Assembly: GCA_004431415.1 (NCBI GenBank)
Contig: QPMI01000477.1
Coordinates: 186,001 to 250,000, forward strand
Source: Cyanophora paradoxa CCMP329
Lineage: Eukaryota > Plantae > Glaucophyta
Direction: 5' to 3'
DNA: 64,000 nt
The notes below the pieces were generated by a model. That model had not been told where the DNA came from. It ran no database searches and saw only the letters and a list, made by a program, of their open reading frames with translations. This document shows, in pieces, positions 39,301 to 51,459 of this stretch (position 1 is the first letter of the stretch; each line of letters starts with the position of its first letter). The position numbers were made by a program, and so were the translations under genes.

Positions 39301-42300
39301 GCCGCTTGCAAATATCGCAAGACATCTGATGGAAACGCACTGAGGAATAGCATTAAACACAAGGTGCCAAACAGCGCACCGGACTCCAACGCGGGCCGGG
39401 ATGTTCGAAACTGAGCCGTTGAACTTCCCGACTCACCGACGGTTCCGCTACTCGCAAAATGCCCGAAACTGAGTTTTCAGAAGCGGCGCACACAGACGAC
39501 AGCCGGTCCGGATTCTGTTGAACGGTTAAGAGCTCTGAATAACAGCTGAAAATTGCAAATTTGTAAAAAAGCCGCAAAACGAGCTCACTTGGACACACAA
39601 GCGCGCGCTTCGCGGATCGACAACTGAAGCCTGAACACGCACTGCCAGGTTGGAAGTGCTCTGCGTGGCAGTCAGAACATGCGTTAGCCCCTGCGTTTTT
39701 GCCGGCGCGCGGCTCGATAGAAACTCCACGTACTCGAGCGCTGCGCGGCTCGATCTGAACGGAAGCGCCCTGCGGGGGCGGAACTGGAGCGCCCTGCGCA
39801 GGGAAATACGTACGTTATCCGATACGTGCTTGTTAACGACTGCAGCTAAATTGCAACTGCACCCACTTGAGCGCTCCGAACGTGCTGCCGGACATGCCGA
39901 AATAGGCTTTCGCGAGCGCAGAAGTGTTGACGGGCGCCCTCCGGACAACATAAGCAAATGCCGCCCGTGCACGACGATGAGAGCGTGCATCGAGCGTCCG
40001 ACAGCACGAAATCTCGCCCGGAAACAAGGTCCAATGCAGCTTTCCGTCCCATCTCGTTTGAATCCGGCTCGAGCTCGGGAAGGGCTTCCGCTGAGCTGCA
40101 ACTGAATAAGATAACTGGCGGCTGTTGGAAACACTGGTAAAGCTTAAGCTGCAGTGCAGCCAGCGGCCGCAAGCGTGCTAGGCAGCTGGCCGGGTGTCGA
40201 GCGCACGCGGCGGGTGCAACGCGGGACGCCGAACGTTAACGTCGGAGCGCCGACGCTGACAGCAGCCTCAACCTGAATGAGCAGACAATTGCAAGCGGCG
40301 TCGACCGGCGCGCCGTGCGCAGCGCGCGAACTGGTCTGCTTGCCAGGTGCCAAACGCAACAAGAGCGCCAGGCCCGTCCGGCGTGCTCGGCTGCGGGCAG
40401 CTCCGCACGCGGTTCTGCAATATAGGCTCGAATTCGGCGGCGTCCCGAGCGCAGCGAAAGAGCACGGTCTCGAAGGCCTGTCCTCGGCTACGATCAGCGG
40501 CCCAGCTAGGCAGGGGCGCATTTTTCGTTGCAAGCTAATCTAGAGGAGACGTTGACAGGTACGTAGAGAGAAGTGGTTCCATGCAGAACCGCGCAACGAA
40601 GAGCAAGGCGTACGCGACGCACTGCGAGGAAGCCGAAATGTAGAGGAGAGAGCTAGGGAGAACTGGTTCCATGCAGAACGGCGCAAGGAATTCGAAGACC
40701 GGAGTTAGAGAGAAGTTAGTTTTCCCCTCGAAAACCACTTGAGAAGTTAGTTTTCCCCTCGAAAACCACTTTTTCCCCTCCGATTCGACGCTCGAAAGTC
40801 GAGAGCTGACCGGTTCACCGAGCCAATCGGATCGCGAATAACCGACAATTTCGTTGCAAGCTGGCCCTCGAAAACGGCCTCATAGAAAACTTTTGGCTGA
40901 AGCGAGGGAACGGGAAGCAAGGGGGGGAAGACCTTCGGTCTTCTTTTCCCCCCTTGCAACATGTGTTTATTGTTGTCCATTAATGCAATATTCGACGTGC
41001 GCAAAAGAAATTATGAAATCAGAACCTCTTGATCGGATATGCTTCGCTCGCTTCTTTTGCGTATCCGGTAGGTGCCAATCTGTACACGTCGATATAATTG
41101 TAGATCTCGAGTTCCAAAGACGTGCTCAACTTGGAGCGGTCGCTGAGTCGACACAGTCGCAATTTCGGAATCACTCTTGCGCTTGTGTGATTATCGAACC
41201 CCATGTACGATCCGAAGTAAGCTACCCCTCTGAGCACGACATCGAATTTAAATTGCCGTTAGGGTAACTCGAAGTCCAGAAAGTTACGAGTAGAAACTTG
41301 CCGCTGCCAAAAGGAGAAGAGTCTCAGATCCATTACATATGCAGGGCCGCCGTGGAGATCTTGAAGTCCAGAAAATGCTCCGCTGGTACTCGTACTCGTC
41401 GACTCGTCATGATCAGTCCCTGGCGATGCATAAATATATTGTAATCGCTAGATACCAAGCCGATCTTCTATAATAGTAATTATAATAATATATATTGATC
41501 ATCTCATGGTTTCATATCGATCATGGCGCATGCGCACAAACAGAACAGCCTAGCGTTGAATCGGTTTCGAAACGCATGCTGGTTCGTCGTCTCAAGACTG
41601 TCTCCACAGCTTTCAATTGCGGTACTGAAAGACCCGACGTTTGAGCTCTCCGCATCACAGGTCCATAAACGCCCGCCTGGCCATGGGGCATGGGTTAAAT
41701 TTGGAGCGAGAATATGAAAACCAGGCGCACATGATGCAAATATGCAAGACTGAAACTGGGTTTCGCATCAAGCATGATCAGATTGTCGATTAACCATCGC
41801 CATTTCACCCTGCGAGATTAATATTCGTACGAAAGAATTATCATGAATTAGAATGACGAATGAAGTTTTAATAATTAACGTGAACGTTACTCACTTTGCG
41901 AAGTCAGGCTTCCAGCTGTCATAAAGCGTGATCCTTTCAAAATCCCTCCACAATCGCAGGTTCGCAGCATTTTTCTCGCCAAGTCCATTGGAGCTTATGT
42001 ACGTTTTAAAAGCGAATGAGGGCTCCAGCCAGCTGCAGTATGCAAATGCGGTCAACGGGAGTCGCGATCGCGAAGTTCTTGCACAGAAGTGTATATATAT
42101 ATATATTGCACCGTGCGTCAGACACGTTGTTTCGAATAAAATTGTACGGGTTGCACTCGCAAAGCGTGTCGGCGCTGCTGCTCGAGCATCTAGATGCGTA
42201 CTGCGTAGAGTCAAGCAGAAACTTGGTATGCGCTGCGCGCGTGTCATGTTATTGGGATGCATGTGATCACGTGTAACGTAAATAACGAACTCCGGATTCC

Positions 42301-43399
42301 GCAGCCCAAGGTTTCTATCTTTCCGGGGCAGTCTGCGCAGTGGCCTAATGTCAGCGCGGCGCCATATTCAGATAGCGCAAACTAAGTAATTGAAGTGTAG
42401 TTCTATTTGCGCATGCGTATGCATTTGTACGATCGCGACTGGTACCGCGATCACGTACCAAAAAAAGTGTTCGCCCACGACAGTGCAGCCCAATGCGCAC
42501 AGTCCCACACAAATCCGCACCCTGTTATGTTGCACCAGGGGTGGCCAACATCAATGGCACGAGGATTGTACAGATCGAACGCTTCATGTTCGGTGCCGGC
42601 CTCATCTTTCCACGTTCCATATCCAGCAAAGCCTTGTAAATAAATATCCACGTTTTCAGACACTCCACTGGAGCTTTTAAGGGCCCAGTTGCTGTGCTGC
42701 GAGAGACCTTCCCAGTCTCCCACGTAGTCGCCTCGATCATCGAAATCCTGATCATAAGATTCATGTGAGATCTAGATGTCTGTTCTTGAGCTCGAGCTCA
42801 TCAAAGACTCACTCGGTCGGGAAATGGTGTAAACGATGTGAAAGAGAAGTCTGTTGGAGCGAAAATGTCGGTCTTCATCTGTGAAGATCTCAGAAAAGGC
42901 GTCCGAAAGAGCGTCCGTGAGACGTACACTGTCATGATCAGTCAACACGACGGTAGTGAGACACATGCCTAAATCAAGGTTCCACTCGCAGAGAGCCAAC
43001 TTGCCAATCCCAGTGCGTCCGAGAACCAAAAGGCGGGGAGGCGTGCCGGCAATGCTTTCCGACCCGAGCAACGACAGTGGTGCAACAAACACGATCTCTT
43101 GGATTGATTCCTGCAGATCGACCCTCGCAGACCGTGCGCCAACTGAGTTGACAAAGGCTGCGAGATCATTTGCATTCGTGGTACGGTCAGCTGGATGAAT
43201 GCTTATGTATCCGATCGCGAATACGTATACGTATACGGAGGCGCAAGGCTTACGCACTTTCTTGGCTTTGGGTGCATCCTGAGAGCTGGAGGAGGACAAG
43301 CACGGCCAGTTGCAGGCCTAGGGCGACTGCAAAGGCTGCAGCTGCACGTGCATGCACACGTACGCGTGCGCGTGCGCTCGAGCTCGCACGCGAACGCAT
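27305..43399 (-). CDS. Giant Cys-rich surface receptor-like protein: signal peptide, novel N-terminal region, many GCC2/GCC3 (ephrin-receptor-like) repeats, and about 3 C-terminal TM segments
   Basis: Signal-like AAAAFAVALGLQLAVLVLLQLSGCTQSQE at ~43260-43345. Repeats of the CxxCPxGxY/F type across ~29850-35150 (CLACPVNHV, CRPCESGTF, CLPCPAGKLC, CEVCPFGSYS, CAECPKGTF). RRLLQ motif. TM VFTWIGIGAAITVALVGACFVVYV, then KRSVRGSFFTVVGIAGVVIA, a Cys-containing loop, EILGLLLTAYVTV, and a Pro-rich tail ending at 27305. The 27305-35150 portion is well supported; joining exons up to 43399 across the Helitron-containing intron is inference. Confidence 0.65.
32474..32525. repeat. Perfect 26-bp tandem duplication (intronic)
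   Basis: GCAGCAGCTGCGGATAATTATATAAG x2. Confidence 0.9.
37955..39340 (-). pseudogene. N-terminal part of a Helitron-like Rep/helicase protein: C2H2 zinc fingers plus DUF6570-like domain; Rep and helicase missing
   Basis: CDICKRPFNDKLSFDRH, CRQC..VCPSAPSLRQHEAAH and CDHEGCGWSGASASSLRKHKEKKH. CQRCIPTLKSGDMPRTAVALWDFGYIPEELSCLNEAERKLIA...SGQRFTRGNCISF...LPR...LKVRPWLIRRALFWLKK is the conserved block that precedes Rep in Helentron/Helitron2-type proteins. Confidence 0.75.
40545..40780. repeat. Short direct repeats near the 5' end of the Helitron-like element
   Basis: TGGTTCCATGCAGAAC.GCGCAA x2, and GAGAAGTTAGTTTTCCCCTCGAAAACCACTT x2. Confidence 0.8.
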
Positions 43400-43944
43400 G
43401 TACGCGTGTGCAGCTGCAGCGATACCGTGCACGCGTGAACTGCTGCTGCTAGCTTATGCCACCTGGCCTGAACTGCAGGCTCCTCCGGATCGATCCTGCA
43501 GCTGTGAACGTACGTGTGTATATGTATGCTTACGTATACGTGTATTCGTATACGGCAGTTTATATGCCACCTGGCCCGAGCTAGTGACGTCGACGTCGAC
43601 CCGTCACACTGCGTGCGTGCACTTTAAGCGGCCAGCAGACTCTGAGACTTTGAGATTACGTATACGTATACACGCTCAGCGGCTCATGATCAGCGGTTGC
43701 TCGCGATCGCTGCAGCTGCGCACGCAGCGCTGCTCAGCGGCTGGTCGATGTTAATTAGAACGTTTACTGCTGCTGGCCGCCGGGCACCTGCAGACTGCAG
43801 CTGCGCATGCTGGCAGCCTGCTGCTGCATGCATATGGCAGCCTGCAGCTGCTGCTGCTAGCGCTGCTGCGTACGGTACCAGGTATGCCGCGAAGGCCGCA
43901 CCTGCCAGGCTGGCCGGCCCGCGCTGCCCTGCAGCTGCGCTAGA

Positions 43945-44465
43945 GCTGACTCCCGACCGTCGGACTCCCGACTCCCGAGTCCCGGAGTCCCGACTCCCGA
44001 GTCCCGACTCCCGACTGTGGGCCGACTCCCGACTCCCGACTCCCGAGTCCCGACTCCCCGGGCCCGAGTCCCGACTCCCGAGTCCCCGGCGACTCCCGGC
44101 GCCGGCGCCGGCGCCGCGCCCGGGCGGCCCTGGGGCCTGGGCGCGGGCGGCGGTGAATCGCCGCCGATTCGCCGGTGATCGATCTCGATCGGTCGACTCG
44201 ATGATCATCGGCGATTCATCGCCGCGTCGGATCAGCGGCGAATTCAAGTCGAATCAGACGGCAATTCAGCGGCAGCACTGCATGCGCAGCACTGCGCATG
44301 CGGCTTCAATCGCCGGCTTGTATGAAGTTGTATCATCAAGTTGTATGTATCATCATTGCCATAGGCCCATATATGGATAGCCATCATGGCATGATGAAAA
44401 ACCGTTCAAAAACGAGCCTCGGAGATCGATATCCGATGATCGCGATCGCGATCGATGATCGGTAT
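43945..44465. repeat. (GACTCCC/GAGTCCC)n heptamer minisatellite plus GATC-rich block, copy 2
   Basis: Array ~43948-44097, then a GATC-rich block containing the 20-mer shared with 13586-13605. Confidence 0.75.
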
Positions 44466-45191
44466 CCATAGGATTCCACACGTGCACTGTACAGTGTACT
44501 AGTAGTACGTCACGGCTGATGCATCGTACACGTTTCTGCCCGACGAAAATTTCTCAAATCAACGGTCCAAAGAAGCCGTGTTCGTGTTCGTGTTGTTCAC
44601 ATTGTGAATCGAATCTTTTGTGATATGCATGACGCCGTGACGGAATGCCGAGTCGTCACTGACGTCGACTCGTCCGACGGTCATGATCAAGCGACGTCAC
44701 GGCGTCCGTCACGCAGTACTACTCATGAGTCATGATCTAGTAGACTAGTACTCCCTAGTAGTACAGTACTAGCCTAGTAGTACTCTTACTACTCTACCGG
44801 TATTCGTAGTGCCGAATCTAGATTCTGCTCTATGGCGGGCTAGGAAAGTACCTACCCCCCAAGCAATTGCCGTAATGCTAAATTGCCGAATTCGGCCTCT
44901 CGGCAATTTACGGCAATTTACTGTATCTTTGATTTGTGATTGCTTTGTTGTCCTTAATATCACTACCTACGGGGGGTTCGCCCCACCGTAGTCTCTCAAA
45001 AAAAATTTAAGGCAATTTAAAACATCGGCTTAAAAAGCATTCCTACAGTATACCGTGGTAGACTACTGTTAGTACTTTGATCGGGGGGCGGCCGGGGCGG
45101 GGCGGCCGGGGGGACGCCTAGGGCGCGAGTGCTGGGCCACTGCTGGCCCACTGCTGGGCCACGAAGGAGGCCCAGGCGAGAGAGGGCTCAG

Positions 45192-47857
45192 CTAAGGCGC
45201 GCAGGGACATGGTGGGGATTCGCCCGGAGGCCGGGCCGCCGGGCCGAGGCCGGAGCGCGGGCCACCTAAGCTCGCGGGGGGGGCGCCGATGGCGCGGGAT
45301 CCGGAGGAGGCGGCGGGGGCGTCGCCGACGGCGGGGGCGGCGCCGACGGCGGGGGGGGAGGCGGCGGGGGTGAAGCGGATGAGGCAGCGGGCGGAGCTGG
45401 GGGCGGGGAAGAGGGCGGGCGGCTCGGGGGCGGCCGAGGGCAGCAGGGGGTCGGGCAGGTCGCCCCAGCGCCCCCGGGAGGGCCCCCCCGGCCCCTCCAG
45501 CTCGGGCTCCAGCTCCGAGGGCAGCACGGCAAAAGAGCCGCTGGGGCGGGCGGGGGCGGGGGCGGGGTCCGGCCCGCCGCTCCTGGGGCGGCGGAAGGAG
45601 GGACGCGTCTCGCCGTAGTCCTCGTCGTAGACGCTGGCGATGACGAGGGGGCCCTCCGGGGCGAGCTTGCGCCAGCACGTCGCCGAGTGCCCGCTCCACA
45701 CGTTCACCGGCGGCGCGTCCCACGGCGTCGGGCTGTGCCGCTCCGGGTGCAGCCCCGCCGGCCGCCCCGCGTGCAGCCCGCCGCCGCCGCCGCCGCCGCT
45801 GGAGCCCTTCGCCCCCTGGAATCTGCTCTCCGGCTCAGACCGAAGAAGAGGGTAGAAGCGAGCGAAGCGGACCCGAGGCCGGCGCGGCCGGGGTTGGCGA
45901 CGGCGTCGAGCGGGGCGGGGATGCCCTGCTCGCGGCGGCCCAGCCCGGCCCCCTCCCGCCACCGCATCCGCGCCATCATCCGCCCCGCCGCCCCCGCCTT
46001 CACACGCCTGTCCGGGTGGGAGATTCGAAGAGCGCCGGGGCGCGGAGCGCGGAGGGGCGGGGCGGCTCGGGGCGGGGGGCGCACGCGAGGGGGTCCCGCG
46101 CCTCGTCGGCGTCGTCGATGCCGTGGATGGGGCGGTACCCGTACCGGAAGGCGTTGTCCGACGCGTCCGGCTCCGTGAAAGGCTGCTCAACAGGCGCGCG
46201 CGAGCCTCAGGGGGCGGGCGGGCGGGCGGAGGAGGCGGGCGGGGCGGGCGGACGCGGGTGTCGAGGTCCCAGTCGTCGCGCTCGCGGTCCTCCTTCTCGC
46301 CCCGCACCAGCTCGTCCCACTTGCACGCGTCCGTGTAGAACACCAGCCCTGCCGCCCCGTCCCGAGCCCGGCGTCAGCGCTGCGCGTCTCAGGCTTTCAC
46401 GTTGGGGCGCGCGCACCGGAGGAGCCCTTGTCCCACGTCACCTCCGTCGGCTCCTCGTACAGGTACTGCCACGCGCGGGTCAGGCCTGTGCCGCCGGCGG
46501 GGCGGGCGGCGAGCGACGAGCGGCGAGCGGCACCTCGTCGGCCTCGCGGCGGTCGGAGCGCTCGATGTCCTTCTCCGGCATGCTGCGCCCCGGCCCCGCC
46601 CCGTCAGCCCGCCTGAGGCAAAAACGGGGCGGGCGCTGTCGGCCCCGGACGCACTCATTGAGGCTCTCGTGCCGCTCCCACTCCTGCGGCGCGGCGGCGG
46701 CGGCTCGGGATCAGGCGCGCCGCGGCGGGGAGGGGGCGAGGGGGCGGGCGGCGCGCCTCCGCGTCCAGATCGAAGTCCGACTCTTCGCCCGACTCGAAGC
46801 CCGACGGCGCCTCCTCGGGGTCCCGCTTTCGCCGCTTCGCGCCCCCGCCCCCGCCGTACGAGAACGGCACGGCGACACCCCTCCGGCTGAACGAGATCGC
46901 CAGGCCTGCCGCAGCCGGCCCGGTCATGCGCGCGGCGCTAGGACCGCAGCGCGTGAGAGGACGCACCGGAGAGGTAGCGGGAGGGGATGCGGCAGTCGCG
47001 GATCAGCTGCATGAACTCCTTCGTGGGCGTCCCGACGTTCCCGCGCGGCAGGAGCGCCGGCGGCCGCAGCTCCGAGAGCGTCGCCAAGTCGATCCGCTCC
47101 CCGGACCGCCTCGCCTCCCGCGCCTCCCGCCGCGACAGGTACGGCGTCTGTGCGCGCGCGCCCCGCCGCCCCCGCGCGCTCAGCCGCGAGCCGGACGACG
47201 CTGCGCGCTACCAGCCTCCGGCCGCACCTTGGGAGCGTCCCTAGCGCCCGCTTCGCCGACGTGCCCCGCTGCGCTCACCGGCCTGCGCTCCGTGCGGTCA
47301 GAGCCCGAAAGGATGGCAAACGCCGTGCAGAGAGCCGCGCGCACTTGATGATGCACTTGCTCCTCCATCGCACGTCCTTCTTATCCTCCCAGTTCTCTGC
47401 GGGAACGCGCGGCTCGCACATGCGCGGCAGCGCCCTCGACCGCGGCCGGCGTGCGGATGTACGCACTCATGTGATACGCAGCGATGAAGGCGGCCCGCCA
47501 ACCAGGCGCAACGCGGACTACGCAGCATTTCCTAACCACCTCGGTCGAACTTGAAGCCGCCGCCGGCTCCAGAAACTGGCCCGGCTGCTCTTGTGCGGTC
47601 GCGGGTGGCTGCTGCGGCTGCTGCTGCGTGTCCTGTATGACTACGCGCTGCTTTCTCCTGCGGTAGTGGAAGACATCGAAGCGGCAGGCCTCCACATAGG
47701 CGGAGAAGAAGCTGCGCAGGTCGGCGGCGTGGAACTCGGGCGGGATGTTCGAGATGAGCGCGTACTCGCCTCCCTGCTGCCGTGCGCCGCTATCCGTGGG
47801 TTCTGGGGCCGGCGGATTGGAGCTCGAGCTTGAGCTCGCCTCGCGCAGCTCGGCCAT
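45192..47857 (-). CDS. GPATCH3: G-patch domain-containing protein 3 homolog (multi-exon)
   Basis: YALISNIPPEFHAADLRSFFS...FHYRRR; ELRPPALLPRGNVGTPTKEFMQLIRDCRIP; EEWERHE; LYEEPTEVTWDKGSSGLVFYTD; DDWDLD; G-patch RMMARMRWREGAGLGRREQGIPAPL. The 3' end is approximate. Confidence 0.85.
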
Positions 47858-48052
47858 CGAGTGACCGCGTACCCCTTGCGTTGCAGACGTCGAAGTTGCG
47901 CGCTTGCAGGCCGTGCATGCGTTTAGTGGCACACGAGTGTGAAAGATGCCTGAATTCGGTCTTTATGATCTGAACCTGCCTACCGCTGTGCATCTAAACT
48001 GCACTGCACTGCACTGCACGCCTCGGCCGGCGGCCGGGCGGCTAGTAGCCGG

Positions 48053-51000
48053 CTACCCTTCAAGCTCCTCATCGTAGACGACGCTGCTGCTGACGTCCAC
48101 GCCGCGGAGCCCGCTCCCGATGCGCGGCCCGGGGCCCTCGCCCGTCCCCGGGCGCGACCGCGGCGCCGCCGTCGTCGGGCGCGCGGGCCGCCGCGAGCCG
48201 CCGGAGGCGGAGTGGGGGAGGGCGGCGGGGCGGCCGGTGGAGAAGCCGCCGTCGCCGTCGTCCTCCTCCTCCACGTCGCCCTCCTCGTCCCCGAAGTCCG
48301 GCGCCGGGTGGGCCCCCGGGGAGCCCATCTCCAGCGCCTCCCGCCACCGATCCGTGCTCGCGAAGAACGCTGCGCCGAAAATGATCGGATGGGCGATTGA
48401 AGTTGCGGGGTGGGGGGGTGGGAGGGGGGTACCGCTGCCGGCCGCGGCGACATCGACCAGGGCGGGCCCGTGCGGGTCCGGTCCCCCCGCTGCGAGCTCC
48501 GCGTACGCGCCCGCGTACGGCTCCTCCATGGGGGGGTAGTCCCCCGGCCCCGGCGAGTAGTCGTCCTGCGCGGGGGTGTACCCGTCCGTCGCCTCCTCCT
48601 CGTCCTCGCCGTCCTCCTCCTCCCCCTCCGCGTCGATGGTCGCGAGCGGCAGGGGGGGTACGACGACCGGCCGGGGCGGCTCCCGCCGCCTCTGCGACTC
48701 CGGCAGCTGCGGGCAGGCGTAAGCGTGGGCGGGGGAGGAAAGGGGCGCCGCCGGGAGCCGAGGCCGCACCGAGAAGTCGATGGTCTCGCTGAGCTCGCTC
48801 CGCGCCGTGCCCGACTCGCTGTACCGCGCCGTACCCCCGCCGCCGCCGCCCATCGCCGAGGCCGGCCGCGGGGGCGGCGGCCTCCTCCCCCCCGCCGCCT
48901 CCACGTACCTGCGCCCCCCGCGTCAGCTCGACATGTACCCCGGCCGCGCCGCGCCTGCCGGGGGCACCGGTCGAGCTCGGAGGCGAGCTCTGCCTCGCGG
49001 TCGCGGCGGTCGGCGAGCTCGCGCTGCAGCAGCGCCACCGCCTCCTCCAGGTCCCGGCACCGCTCCCGCGCCGCCCGCGCGTCCGCCTCCAGGCCCTCCC
49101 CCGTCACCTCCGTCTGCGCCCCGCACTCCACCGGCGCCCTGCGCCCCCTTCAGAGGCGGAGGCGGAGGAGGGGGCGAGGGGGGCGGGGTCACCGCTGCCA
49201 GCCGCCGGAGGGGTCCGCCGCCAGCCTCGAACCCGAGTGGCTCGCCCGCAGCAGCCGCGCCTGCGAGACCCGCACCTGCGCCCCCGCTTCAGCGGCGCGG
49301 GCGCGGGGGGAATAGCTGCGCGGGGGTGTGCCGCGCCTCGTCCCGCAGCCGCTCCGCCTCGCGCTCGCGCCGCGCTGCGCCGGGACCCGGGCGTGAGCCG
49401 GGCGGACGTGCGCGGCGGGGGCGGGGGTGGGGAGGTGCCAGGGCGGACCGGCGGCGGCGGCCTCGTGCGCGGCGGCGCTCTGGAGGCGGGCGGCTTCGTC
49501 CCGCGTCCGCCGCAGCTCCTCCTACGCGGGCAGAGGCGCGTCAAACGGGCGGAGAAGGGGCGGGGGGCGGCCGGGGCGGACCTGGCCGCGGGCGTGCTCG
49601 GCGCGGAGGAGGAGCAGCTCCTCCTGCAGCCGCGCGAAGTCCCCGTGGATCTCCAGCCTGCCCCTCGGCTTAGGGAGGAGGGGGAGGGGGAGGGGGTAGG
49701 GGGGATAGGGCGGCTCGCCTCAGCGAGTCCCGGGGGAGGTACAGCGCCGTCTCGTACTCCGCCTTGATCTGGGGGAGGGAGAGTCGGCGGGGGAGGGAGT
49801 TCCGGGCGGTACGGGGTGAGATACCTTAGCGAGGAGCCCCGCGTGCATCGGCTCCCGCGCGATCACTTCCTCGAAGAACTGCCTGTGCACCTGCGGGCCG
49901 GGGGGTACGGCGTTCGATTTCGTCGTCGCGCAATCCCATACCCCCGCGCACCGCGAGGCGATCGCGGAGGGATCCGTCCTCGATGCTCGAGAGCCGCTCC
50001 GCGAGCTCCAGCTCCAGCTGCAGTGGGGGTACAGCGTCGCTCGTCGACCAAGGGGGAGAAAGGCAAGGGGGATACCTGGACGGCCTGGGACTTGAAGCTG
50101 GCGTGGGCGGCCTGGCGGGAGGCAGCGGCGGCGCCGGGCCCCGACGTGGCCGGCGCGGAGGAGGCGGAGGGGAGGGTGCCGGCCGCGGCGCCGCCGCCGG
50201 CCGCCGCCGCGCCGAGCGAGCTGCGCTTGCGGCTGCCCGCGCGGAGGGGCGGGTCGTCCACCACGGTGTAGAAGCGGCCCATCGCCACCCGCGGGCTCCC
50301 TGCGCCGCCCGTTGAGGCTGGGCAGGGCCGGCCGAGGGGCGGCGGGGGTTGGGGTGGATGGCGCGCACCGGCGTCGAAGCCGTAGTGGTCGCCCGGGGAG
50401 GGCGCGGCGCGGTCGTGGGCGAGCGTGGCGACGTCGACGGGGTGCGAGAAGTTGTAGAGGGCCGAGACGGGGGTGCGGCGGCCCTTCGTGGCCGTGCCCG
50501 GCCGCAGCGCGTGCGTCGCCGCCGGCGACAGCGGCACCGGCGCCACTAGCGGCACCGGCCTGCACGGAAGGCGGCTCGGGCGGCGCGACCAGCGGACCGG
50601 CGGGGCCGGGGCCCGCACCGGTAGGCGGCCGACTGCGGGCGCGGGATGGCGCGGAGGGCGTTGCCCGGCAGGCCGCCGTTCGTCGCCGTGTACGCGTTGT
50701 TCGTGTACGTAGCGCCGGCGTACCCCGCCGTCGCGGACTGCGGCCGGCCCGTCTTGTGCGGCCTCGCCACCGGCTGCACCTGCGCCGGCGCGTCTGAGCC
50801 CGACGGCGAGCGCCGCGGGGAGGCGCCGGAGCATACGGTCGGAGGCTGCACGAGTTCGGGAGATCTGAGCCGCAGAAAAGCGTTGTGCCTCACGCCAGAC
50901 AGGGACGACGGCGGGGCGCTGGGGACGGGGGCGTCGGCCTGCGATCGCAGGTCGCAGCGTCAGCAGTAGGACTGAAGGTCCGCTAGCTAGAGGCTGGACC

Positions 51001-51098
51001 TTGCCGCCCTGGACCACGAGAGCCTGCAGATCAACGGGAGAAGGCCCCGTGGGGCGCACTGGGGCGCTCCCAGGCCGGCGGTAGGGCCCCGCCTGCAT
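48053..51098 (-). CDS. Coiled-coil protein with a TSNAXIP1/C6orf118-like N-terminal domain (multi-exon)
   Basis: LQLELELAERLSSIEDGSLRDRL.VHRQFFEEVIAREPMHAGLLAKIKAEYET, followed by coiled-coil exons (RERCRDLEEAVALLQRELADRRDREAELASELD) and an acidic tail. Confidence 0.6.
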
Positions 51099-51459
51099 CG
51101 TTGATCCGCGGAACGGCTAGGGAGCGGCGCCCAAATGCTGCCGAAGCAGCTATCACGGTGCCAGAAGTCCCTCCGTCGCAGATGCGGGCCAGGCTTGAAC
51201 GAGAAGAGCTGCCCGCGAGGCGCCGCTCCAAAACGCGTGGGCAGCACCTGGCGAGTCCGCTGCGGATTTGGCTAAGTCCAGAGACGCGCTAGTGCGCAAT
51301 GGGACGCTGGGAGCCGGGAATGGAGACGCTGCTATTTTTTGGTCGTGTACCCCTCTAGCTTCGGCAGAACTCGTTCGTGGTGCGCCGAGCCGCTCGCAGA
51401 GGGCGCCTGCCGATCTCCTGAAGGTCCTGATCGCCTGCGCGCCTCGCCCTGCCCCGCAG

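Larger units (their letters stand above)
37153..40961 (-). mobile_element. Helitron/Helentron-like rolling-circle element, internally deleted (~3.8 kb)
   Basis: Minus-strand 3' end: GC hairpin CCCGGCGCGCCAAAACGCGGCCGGG then CCA-CTAG|T. 13-bp subterminal inverted repeats TGCAAGGGGGGAA (37187-37199 / 40946-40958). 5' hairpin 40917-40957. Inserted between A and T with no TSD. Encodes C2H2 fingers and a DUF6570-like domain. Confidence 0.8.

Noticed and set aside
43000-43040. P-loop-like LLVLGRTGIGK
   Set aside because: No S/T follows the K. A likely intron (AA|GTTGGC…ACAG|T) makes it GIGNVRL, and no other NTPase motifs are present.
41247-45021. TIR element bounded by TTTAAATTGCC / GGCAATTTAAA
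   Set aside because: Only 11 bp with no clear TSD, and the left match lies among apparent exons of the large minus-strand gene.
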